Part shown: positions 25,001 to 37,000 of the stretch, piece by piece
Layout of the letters: each line of letters starts with the position of its first letter
Position numbering within the stretch: position 1 is the stretch's first letter
Source of the DNA: Balanoglossus misakiensis
Lineage: Eukaryota > Animalia > Hemichordata
Direction: 5' to 3'
Length of the DNA: 64,000 bases
NCBI GenBank assembly: GCA_040954595.2
Contig: CM082595.2
Location: 1,201,690-1,265,689, forward strand
Position numbers and translations under genes: made by a program
Notes under the pieces: generated by a model
What the model was told of the DNA's origin: nothing
What the model saw: only the letters and a program-made list of their open reading frames with translations
The model's database searches: none

Positions 25001-28000
25001 GCCATAGTTTATCACAGTCAACAGATTTTACCTTCGTCTGGCACAGAAATAGGGTAGATAGGTAGGAAAATAATTTTGGGGGCCGGTTTTTGTATTCCAG
25101 TTTAACCCTTTCACCGCCGTTATTTGGTCTAAATCCATTGCTTCGTATGATAAAAATCGACTTCTGGTTAAGCTGTACTGAGCTACCACACACTGCATAC
25201 ACTAAGATACCACTGCTACACAGCTTAGCAGACGTACGTGTCTCATGTCCGACATTCCGATTGGATAATTTCAACCTTGACCAGCTAGATTAGCTTTCAC
25301 AGTGAACACCGCAAATCACAAGTGAACATGAAAGTATTTGCCAAAGGATTTCTTGGGACACCCAGCTCGGACACCCAGCGGCAAACATGCATGTGTGGTG
25401 ATACGAGTATATGTGTCCTTGAATGAGGTTCTTCCAATAGGATTACCTGACTTTGTATATATAAATGTTGGGCTCGGAGAGTACAGGGATTTGTGAATTC
25501 GTATCAATTGGCAATTCCAGAAAAATCTGGTCCGGCTGTTTCTCAGTGAAAGACACCGGTTCAAACTGCCTAGCTGAGCGCAAGTTTAAAGCACTTTAAA
25601 AGTTGTTGTAGAAGAATTCTTCAAGCTTAACTTCATCCGAAAAGAGCAGTGGGGTTGACCAGGAAAATCTGTTTAGAAAGTGTAAATCATTAAAATAGCC
25701 GAGTGCATGGTTGATTAATGGTTGAGACTTCAGGGTGATGATGTTGATGGTCATCGGTTTTCATCTCTTTATACTTCTCTTAGTTCAACAGATGACCTGT
25801 ACTTGTACTGAAGCTATCTCTACGGAGTATGGAGTGTTTTGGCATCCAAATTAGTACAGGGAGCGGGTCTTGCAAGATACAGCATACATGTGCAGTAGAC
25901 AAGACTGACCTCTGACAGAGAGAGTTGGCTTTTAACGTTTATTGCAGTGAAATTACTTCATCATTAGATCAATGTATGGAGTCAACAGAAACATCCATTG
26001 TAACAAGCATTGCAATTCCCGGCATTTCAGGATCAATTGATTGTAACCTTGACAACCGACTATTCATGTTCTGTTTCCCATGGGATCACTCGGACTGTGT
26101 CTTTATTGTAAGGCCAAAGGAAGAAAATTCTTTGTTTTGCGTCCACTCAAAATTCATTTTACGTCACCACATGTTCATTCGCTGTAATATGACCACATGA
26201 AGAAGCATATATTCCTGCAATGTGAATGTCTTGTCGAATTTTTGTGACGAAATATTGTCCATGAGTGAAATTTATCAAGAAAACTTTGTGTGTCTTTTTC
26301 TCTAAAACATACGAGCTTGTGGACGCAAAACAAAGAATTGACTTACTTTGGCCTAAGTAGGCAGGAGTATGAATCCAAGAGACGACCAATCAGGTTCAAT
26401 TACCAGCATGCTTCGGTGTCATGTGGTCAAGGTACCGCTGTGTGTTCTTTGTCGGGAATTCCGAGGAGGAAAACAGAGGCGGCTTTATTGAGAACTGTGT
26501 CAAAGTTACGGTGCAATGATTACAATTCAAGTTCACTTGTTATTGAACAATTCTTCACATTACATCGCCACGTCTGCTTGTGTTGTCAAGATGCATGTAC
26601 TGAGTGTGTGAGCACCAAAAAAGAAAAAAAAAACTAACTTCCAGTCAGGACACGTGTGTGAACTTTTAATGATAACCAGGTTCACCGTTTGGAATGCTTG
26701 TATGTTGATGGTAGACACAGTCCTCATGGAAATTGATTGTTATGTCAATAAAATTAGTCGGATGTTGGTATAAATTGAATAGTTTCTAAGGATGGAGTTT
26801 GTTTATGTTCTGTTTCAACTTTGCTGTGTTAAATCTCAACATTCCTTGGCAAATTGGAAAAATAACAAGCGGCCGTTTGCATGAATAACCCTAGGATGAT
26901 TCATTGCCTGTGTTCTCTGTGGATTTTGAAGTCCAACCTCACGATGCATTGAAAACAGTGCCAAGTCTGATCATGAAAGGGAATACTGGTCATGGGAATT
27001 ACTTTGCTCAGGTCATGCTCAGTCCAAGTCCATTTTGTCTGAAGATGATTGGCAACATTTTCATGGTCATTATCAGTCAAACTTGTCTTAGTGGCCACCT
27101 CTATATAGTGGGCACCTTTATATAGTGGCCACTTTGTTACAGTCCCTGTGCAATTACATACATGTACATCAATTGACCTGTCTATAAAGGCCAACTGTCC
27201 ATAAAGGCCAGTTTTGGAAAGTCCCTTGACTGGCCACTATAGACAGGTTTGACTGTACTAATTATTGGCCTGTACACATAGTACCAGTCTGAGTATACAC
27301 TCCATATGCATGTACGTGTGCACTCATGCAAATCTGACTATAGGAGACATTACATCAGTGGTCAAACATTTTCCCGGGTACTTCACAGAACTCAGTGTTC
27401 AGGTATCTGGTGACTGTAGGTGTAAAGGAATTCCATACAGGGTTTGGGGGACCAAGTGAACCTCGGATTCCAATCTTGAGGAAAGGAATATAATGCTTCC
27501 ATTGAATATGCCGGAATTCTGCGTGCCGGAATTACCTTTAAGTTTTCTTGCATTGCCAGGAACTACTAGTATTTTGAATCCTTGGTGACTCATATTATAT
27601 ATATATAAACTTAGAGAGCACACTGTTGTACAGCCAAACTTATTTACACCAGGCAAACTTTGACCCAATGCACTGGTATAAATCTAGCTATAGGCAGACT
27701 CTGGTTAAGCAAGAGTAGCAGTCTGTCATACGTAAATGAAAATGAGATTATTACACTCTCTTTTTCTGAAAATGTCCATCGTCTGACTAACATATTGAAA
27801 TAGTGAAGAAAAATGATGAAATGTTGTACCACATCTTGATAGAGAAAATGTGGCACTGACTCTAAAGGTTAACCTTGCAAGGACCAGCAGTTTCAGTCAT
27901 GTCATATATCTGTACTTGGCCTTGTCATAGAACAGAATCACTACTTTCGTCTGACGTATAGAATGCCAGGTCACATTAAATTTCAACAAACTTCAGCACA

Positions 28001-31000
28001 TTTCAGGCAGCAATTGGCCAGTAATGGTCCTTCACAATTAGATACTGATTTACTGCAAAGCAATAACAGATGCGACTATTACAGTGACGCCAAGATGTTC
28101 ATGTATAGACTACGACGATCTGTCCTTGCCGGTTTCTACCTCCATCAATTCCTAATTATCATCTTGCCTTGTGTGGTCACTCCTGATATTATTGTAACTT
28201 GTGGTGTCACCTTGACGATGGCCATAGAATGTGATCCAGGGCTTTATTGATTAGACCCCAGGCAACTTCCACAAATTGGATGAGATTAGACTCATGGAGG
28301 GTTCCCACTGGCTTGACCCGACACCAATATAGTGTCCGCATTCACTTATGGTCAGAACATTGTAAACACAGGGATTAGCCAGCCAAAAACCAGGTTGTGT
28401 CCACACACTTTTTGTCCAACCAAATACAAACGAATAAAGGAAGTTGATCAAAGCTCCTACTCAGGTTGGCCGGTTGACTTTGATGAAAATCTGTGTGAGT
28501 AGGACACTGGCATGAACTGGTCTCTTTAACCCTTTCACCCCTAATTCCCTGTCTAGAGGTCCAACCTTACCATAGAAAATGATGGGTTTGGACTGAACCA
28601 TGGTGGTGAAAGGGTTAAACGCTTACTTTAAAATTCTAGTATGGGAAAAGTTGACCACTGGATCCCACAGTTGACTCTGCGAAAGTATAAAGCAGGGTGT
28701 ATTTGGTGAATTTTGTGAGGAAAACCAGAGACAAATGATACCATTGTTCCTGTTTACATTGTAACTGAATCATATTATCAGATCTTTAATACTCCTGTGA
28801 TTACAATCATCAGTCTTAGCTTTGTCTTCCAAGATGACCTGTCTAGAGTGTTTCCATAACATGTCCATGTAGTTAGACAAAGCAGACACAACAAACAGAA
28901 TTTCTGTCAATGACTGTCACCACTTCACAGTAAGGTTGTTAACATTGTTAAAATTTAGGTAGGACTTGATTGGTAACCGCATTTTATCGTATCATAAAAA
29001 AAACTTTTTGGTGGGAATGTCTAAATACATCAACTAAAAATATATATTTTTTGTCAGATTACAAACATTAACTACAAATATGTTTTTATCTCGTCTTACA
29101 GGGCAAAGAAGAAAAAGATAGCGTTGGAAAAAATAAAAACTCAGGAAATTCAGACGACATTGTGTTCAATGATCCTTATCCATATAATACATTTGATGAT
29201 GAAGATTATCTCAATGATGACGTCGGGTCTGGTGATGAAGGCAGTGGCATTGAAGTCCCTGAAGGAGCAACATGTAAGTAGTTAAATCCTCTGAAGTTTA
29301 TTCTGTCATCACAATTCTTTCAAAATACTCAGTAGTTGTTATTTTAAGTAACTTTTACTGTTGAAGTGATGTATTAAATACATGTACACCACTTGGGCAA
29401 AGATTGATATAATAAAAAAGTGAAATGACTTGTTATTTCAGTGTATCACAGGGCCATGTTCCGTCTTACAAATGTAGAATACACAGACAGTCTTGCTGAG
29501 GGACCGAGCAATGCTGAATATCGAGCTCTGGCTGCAGAATTTGAAAAAGCAGTAAGTTGTTACAAGTAGTGCTGTAACCAGCGCCCCCATGCGGTGACAA
29601 TGGTTTGCACAACTCAATATTATGTGTATGATATAATATGTACTTCAGCCATTGGAATGTTTTATAAGTTTAAAATTATAAGTGTATTTGTTTAATATCC
29701 CTGACAGGTTGAAGCGCTATTTGCAGGTGTCCCTGGGATGCACATTGTGACAGTTGTTGAGTTTTTGTAAGTACTGTGATATTATATTGCATTAGTCTGT
29801 TACTCTAGAGTTTATAATAACAATAACAATGACAGTTACACAAATACTGTCTTTATGTCATATTTGATTCAATTTTGATTTGATTTGTCATATATCAATA
29901 TTGACTGGTGTTTTGACCACAGGATATTCTTTTTTCCTTTTTTAATTTTTTTCTTTCTTTCATTCAACAGACCTGGCTCAGTAGTTGTCACCTTTGATAT
30001 TGGTGTCACAGATGAATACAACACTGATATGATTGAAGACATCCTCATAAAAGCTGTTGACAGTGGTCAGTTGGGAAATTTTGCATTAGATGATAGTTTC
30101 TTTGTCTTCAAAGTTGTTGGCGGTAAGTACAATCAATATTATGTGTTCTGATTACCATGTAAAAATGAGAGTTACTCTTGTTTCATCCAAGACCACTGTC
30201 AGTCTAGTCAGACTGACCACCAGCCAGTCAGACCACCCATCAATCGGACCATCGATCAATCTTACAACTGGTTGAATTGACCACCAGTTGATCAGACCAC
30301 TGGTCAAACAGTTATTTTACTTTTCAAAAGACCTGCAGATTATGTAGTTTTCACAATGACGAACAAAGTGGAAACAAAACTGATTTGCTTTTGGAATGCA
30401 GACATTGGATTCTCATTGTCTGAGATACGGATAGAAATTTGGGCAGGCATGAGGTTGATGGTTTTGCAATGTTTTTGGACACATCTAGGTTTAGCCCTTT
30501 CACTCCCAGATCCCTCTTTATGTTGTGTATGTGCAAAAGGGTACTATGCATGAGTGAAACTATAGGGAAAACTGGTAACATATCGGCGGTGTTTTACCAA
30601 ATTGCTTTGCCGTGCCACTGGGTAACTTTGGAGAATAGCCCCCTGAATGAAACACTAGCTTTCTTTCTGCAAAGGTATTCCAACAGGCAACGTAACTTTG
30701 AATTAGGGATGAGCTAACCTACCCCCTCCAGTGTTGGTATTCTAAACAGTTTTGTTCAAAGTCAGCGCCAGACAATTTGAAATTTGCAAGACAATCCATC
30801 TGCTATTGAACCAAGGATAGAATGATTCTGGGTGGTTTGTTAATGTGTTGTCACAGATCGTCCGTTAGTTGGCTGCATGTGGTGGGGCTACATGTAGCTG
30901 GAGTCCTGCACTGGTAATATAGACAATTAAATCTATAGCAATGATTGGCCAGTTAGTTTGTATCATCATCCTAAGTGTGTCATTGCTTGGTAAGTACATT

Positions 31001-34000
31001 CTGTAGCTATGACAGTTATTAATGCAAATGTTTTAACTCCTAGTATTAAGATAAATAAGTTTTTTAAAACTTTATATTGCTTTTCGAGCAAGAAAGTTGA
31101 TCCTTTGCAAAAATCATTTAGAAATTGAATTTCTGGATAATGTACTTCGTGATAATTATTGTCGGATGTACTTGTGATTTGTAGAAGAGAAAAGTTACTT
31201 ATAATATACTTGATGCTGTCGAGATAGAACTCTCGAAGAGTTGAAAATTGTCTAGACAATATTCATTAGATGTTATATAATACAAAGTTACAGCAGAAAA
31301 AGAATTGTGGTCAGTGGAATGTTTATAATTTAGAAACTGACCCCACTGTCCACAAGAACAAGTTTTCCAAATAACTCATAATTTACTTGTAACTGTCAAT
31401 TAATTACTGTCTAATCCTTTTATTCTTTTGGCCTCTTAACTCTACCATTCACCAGGTGTAAATCCTTATAAAGGGCTCTTAATTTCAACGACCCTCTCTC
31501 TTTGAATGCGCGACACTAATCAGGGTAGCTTTTCAGACACAAAACTGTTCTACATAAAGCGAAACACTACAGGGGGCAATTTCTTTCCCCAAACAACACT
31601 CCTCTGTTAGGATTAAGTCTCTGTAATCCCAGTATTCCGTGAACATGTTTTCATGGAAGGGTAAAGTCTTGTTCGGAATTTACTTTGTGTCCAGAAAGGC
31701 AGATTTCTCTGAATATACTTTGACAGTCTGTGCAGACATTTCGAAATGTCTGGAGATGTTTATTGCTGCAAAACCAATTTGATTCATGTTGTGAATGTGT
31801 TGAAGTGCATGGAGATCTTATGGTTGTCAGCTGTCTTTGATTTTTATGGGTACATTTGAATTTTTGATTGACACTGGCAGCAGGCAAGTGCTCTTGTAGC
31901 TTTGGTGTCAGTTGTGTAATGTGGAAGTCATATTGACATTATGGGTCCATATCCTCTGATCATATTCTGTCTTCTTCTCTCTTCTGCAGTTGGACCGACC
32001 GAAGCACCGGCCGTACCTTGCAGAGAAAACGAATTCAGATGCAATGATGGTGAATGTGTATCAGAGGACGCTGAGTGTAACGGTGTCCCAGACTGTCGAG
32101 ACCAGTCAGATGAGTTCAACTGTCCCATACCGACACCTCCCATCGCTTTGTGTCGCAACGATCAGTTTATGTGTAAGAGTGGACAGTGTATTCCAAGCAC
32201 TCAAAGATGTGATCGTATACCGCACTGTGGGGACAAGTCCGATGAAATTGGTTGCAGTAAGTATATGTGCATGACAGGACTAAAAGCCAGAGAAAATCAT
32301 AAAAAACATATCTTCAACCTAATGTTACAAAGTCATGTTCAATTTCTAGCATTGTGCAACATCTTGTCAAATCCATCGTCTTCGCCATAAACTGAGACCG
32401 ATAATTGCTTCCATGTTACGTTTGGTATGTCATGGAGGTATTTTCCTTGACCTTTGGTCTTAACCTTTGAAACTGTGTTGCAGTCATTAGGTGATTTGGA
32501 ACGCCCCTGTGGTTGTAGACGTCATGATTGCTATATCATATACATATTTTACTTACATATGTACATACTTACCTACATACATACATACAGGAAAAAAAGA
32601 CTGTGCACATTCAATAGCTAGTTGCATCTTTCTTTACTGTCACATTATAGCAATGAGATCAAACCTCAATTTCTGTATCTCACAGTAACCTATCAACACA
32701 AACCTATATGTATATACCCTATGTGTAATCCATTAGATTATTTACTTCTGTTGGTTTATGTGGTATGCAAGTCTCACATTCTTTTACCAGTGATCAAAAC
32801 TTTTTTTACCCATTAGTATTTCTGTTAATATCACACTTCTTTTATTCTTGCATAATTTCCCTTCAGTGTGTCTATTTTAGAATAGGATGTTCTCTGTTTA
32901 TCTGTTGGTAGTTCATAGCTCACGTGTAGATTAACTGTTTTTAGTTCTTCCCTCGTCTTTCGGTCCAACTGTTCAGGAGTCAGTTGGACCATGACGAGGT
33001 TTGACCTTCCACCCCTGTTAGTTCTTACCTGTGGTGTCTTTTCCTTCTTTCCCTCTTTCTTTGCACAAAAAGTCGAAACCATTCAACCTCCGAGCGTCAG
33101 CTCAATTCGCACACAAGCATCTATGAACAGCATCACTGTATACTGGACACGCCCCACAAACACAGACATAGTGGTGAGGGGGTATACCATTGGATACGGT
33201 GCTAGTATACCTGACGTCTACCAAGTCACTGTTGACAACCGACAATTTGACTACACAATAGAAAACTTGCCTCCTTCCACTGAATATGTGGTCTCTTTGA
33301 GAGCTTTCAACTCAATTGGGGAAAGTTTACCTACGTATGATGTAGTCGTTACGGAAGGTTTACCAAGTAAGTTATAAGTCTGTCATGGGGGGGTCTAATC
33401 AGTCCTTGCATGGAATTATATTAATCTGGAAATATGTATTACATTCAGTGAAATTTATAGATCATGAAGTGATTCAGTTATGTTTTTACTCAAGGCATGC
33501 AATCTTTTCTTCATTAATCTTAAACCAATTTCACCGCTGTCTCTTGTTGTTTTGTTTTCAGTTGTAACATGTAGCCCTGGAAAGTTTCAGTGCGCAAATA
33601 AACAGCTCTGCATCGATGAGAGCTTACGGTGTAATTCAGCGGATGACTGTACAGACGGCAGTGATGAAGAGGGTTGCCCTGTCAACTGTGGTTTTGAGGA
33701 ATTCCCTTGTGCTGATCTCCGACAGTGTATATCAATTTATCAGAGATGTGATGGAACCCCCGACTGTTCTGATGGGAGCGATGAATCCAAATGTGGTGAA
33801 GCGTGCAGTGATGGTCAGTTTCAATGTTCCAGTGGTCAGTGTATCGATGAAAGGCGAAAATGTGACAAGTATTCAGACTGTCCAGACGGCTCTGATGAAA
33901 TGGATTGTGGTAAGTCTTGATTTGGTGTACATGTCTATCCTATATTTGTAATACTAGTTCTCATAAATGTCATCCACAAAAGCATCCTTCTTACTGTCCA

Positions 34001-37000
34001 TTTTATCTCATTGTAGGAACACTTGCTCGCGAATGTGAACTCCGGACTCTGACTATAACCTGCCCAGCCGGCAAGATCAAAGTCATTTCAGCAAACTACG
34101 GCCGAACTGAAAGTGATGTTTGTGGACGAAGCTCTAACACCAACTGCTTGTCTTCAAACAGTCTCAGTATTGTGACAGATTTGTGTGATGGTGAAGAGAC
34201 CTGTAGTATTGATGTGTCACGTCGAGTCTTTGGTGATCCGTGTTTTGGGACCAGCAAGTACTTGGATGTCTATTACGAGTGTGTGGCAGACTTGGTGGAA
34301 CCTGAAGGTATAAATGAAACTTGTATTGTGTTTCTCATTTTTGCAGTTGACAAGTCTTGTTCAAGCATGTTACAAGAAGTCAAGCAGCATAGACAAATCT
34401 TCCTATCAACCAAAATTGACCAAAAATGTCAAAGGAAGCTACTTTGTTCCTATTCGTCTCACCAACCATATTTGACTTTGTGTCCATAGTTACAACTGCA
34501 AGCTTGCCTACAACCAAAGAACCGAAGACTTGCAAGAGAGATGAAATCCAGTGTGACCTCACAGAATGTGTCAAGAAAGACTTTGTGTGTGATGGCGACC
34601 GAGATTGTGAAGATGGAACAGATGAAGCTAGTTGTCGTGAGTTTCTCATCTGTAGTATTCTCCTCATTTAGTATTTAGATTTCTACTATAGTTACCATAC
34701 AGTCCTGAAGATGCTGGAACTGTGTTTGTGGTATTGAACAGTAAGAGACGTGTTTTGGCGAGCGATATTGATGTTTTCTATGTTAAAATTAACTTGTCCA
34801 ATAAATACTTGTAATTTTGTTTGGTAGCCACTGCACCACCGTGTGAACCAAATGAATTTCTCTGTGGAACTGGCAACTGTGTTCAGAAAATCTGGAGATG
34901 TGATGGAGATGAAGATTGCAGTGATGGCTCGGATGAAGTAGGATGTGGTAGGTATTTGATGGCTTGGATGAAGAGTGGAATTCCACTGTACAATAAGTCT
35001 ATATATCAGAGTCCAGTAACTATGCAAATGATACGTGGAGTCCAATAACACCAAGTGTTTTTTTTGTTACTCTGATTGAACCGCCACAGACATTAAATAT
35101 GATAATGTGTAGATTTCATTGATTGATGTTTTTGTTGCAGGTGCGAAAGAAGCTGGTGAACTGTGTGAGCCCTGGCAGTTTGAATGCGTGTCTGGAGATG
35201 AATGTGTTCCAGCAAGTTATCAATGTGATGATGAAATCGATTGCAGAGATAGATCTGATGAAATTGGATGCTGTAAGTTCATGTTGTGTCTGTGGATTGA
35301 TCAAGAAGTTAAAACTAATTGCATAGTTCATAAGAATCTAGTCAACAATATTTCTGACTATAATTTGTAGACATGTTTTTAGCCCATGTTTGCGTGCAAA
35401 GATAATTCTGACAATGCTCATATCTTGCTCTTTGTCCAAAACAGCCGCACCAGTTGTGATCACAGCGCCTGAGGAGTTTGTACAAGTGTCTGTCGGACAG
35501 ACAGTGATCTTGACCTGTCAGGCAGAGGGTATCCCAACACCGATTATTTCATGGCGACTCAACTGGGGACATGTTGGCGAAGCTCCAAGGGTGAGTATAC
35601 AAAACTGTTGTCATGGTGATTAGTGAATTTAATGCAGCGAACTATCTCTCAGTGAACTTCGTGTCCAGCCATATCAGTCATCAATTAGAAATTAAATCAA
35701 TTTTGTGATTGTTGTGTTTTTAGGTTACAGCAACAACCATAAACGGTCTTGGTATTCTGACGATAACCAATGCTCGCGAAGAAGATTCCGGTGCTTATAC
35801 TTGTGAAGCCATGAACAACAAAGGATATCTCTTTGCTGTTCCTGATGGAATTGTTGCTGTTACTCGTAAGTATTACAGAAAATGACACATTTTTGGTGAT
35901 CGGAGATTAGCATTTCAAAGACAGATATTTCCTACTGAGAAAGAATAGATCATGCCACTAATACTTTTTTGCTTCCTTGTGTGTTTTATACAGCACCTGA
36001 AGGCATCTGTCATGATACTGTATTTAATGAGGATGCAATTACCCTAGATGAATGTGTACAGTGTTTCTGTTTCGGTATTGTACAGTATTGTATCAGCAGC
36101 AGTTATTACAGATTTCAGGTATGTATTTGTATTCTTTGTATTTTGTGTATTCTTTGTATTTTTGCAAACAACAATCTGTGTTGCATCAAATCTTAACACT
36201 GTTGTGCATGCTATACAACACTTCTTTATTTGATGATCATTGACATTTCTATTAACTGCATCGCTCGTACTGTTCTGATACTACAGAATACAATCTTCTT
36301 CAATGAACGTGATAATACAAAAGGCGTCCAACTGGCCAATTACAATGGTGGCTTTGTTGATGCTGTTGACAGCCGACATTTACAAGTGCAAGAAATTACC
36401 GGAGAGCTTTTTGTAGAAGACTTCACCAGATCAGTCGGTCAGGGAGAGTTCTATTGGATGTTACCCAGGGAATTCTTGGGAAATCAGGTAAGAAAAAAAT
36501 TTCACCCTTTCACCACCATGGTTTAGTCCGAACCCATTATTTCCAACAGCAATGCTGGACCTTTATACTGAGAAATGGGGGTGGAAGGTTTAAAGTCAGC
36601 GTTAGTCGTAAAATACCAATTTTGATCATTCATTAGTTCATCACCACTATACAACAAAGCTTGACATTCAATATTGTGCTTGATTGATTGATTGATTGAC
36701 TTACCAAATTTGGTTTTGATTGACAGCTGACAAGCTATGGTGGTAACCTGCAGTATATGATTCAATTTGAGACGACAGATATTCCAAGAGGTTCAAACAG
36801 TCCTGATATTATCCTTCGGGTAAGTTCTCAGTTTTGTCATCTTTCTGAAATGTTAGGTGGGATTAGGGAAATAAAAAGGGATGACAGTTCATTAGGTTTA
36901 CAGGATTATAACAAACATATTTATTCATAATCTTTTTGGCTTATCAAAGTCGTGTGATGGTTTGCTTTGTGTTTGTAGGGGAATGGTATTACACTGCAAT

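Noticed and set aside
28095-28193. Possible alternative signal-peptide first exon ([33 protein letters not shown]|GTAACT, phase 0)
   Set aside because: The donor is weak and the hydrophobic core is mediocre; it is compatible with chance without transcript data.
13092-29101. Dozens of 60-140 aa ORFs in perlecan intron 1, suggesting a possible nested gene
   Set aside because: No recognisable domains, no consistent exon chain, and no transposase or RT motifs were found.
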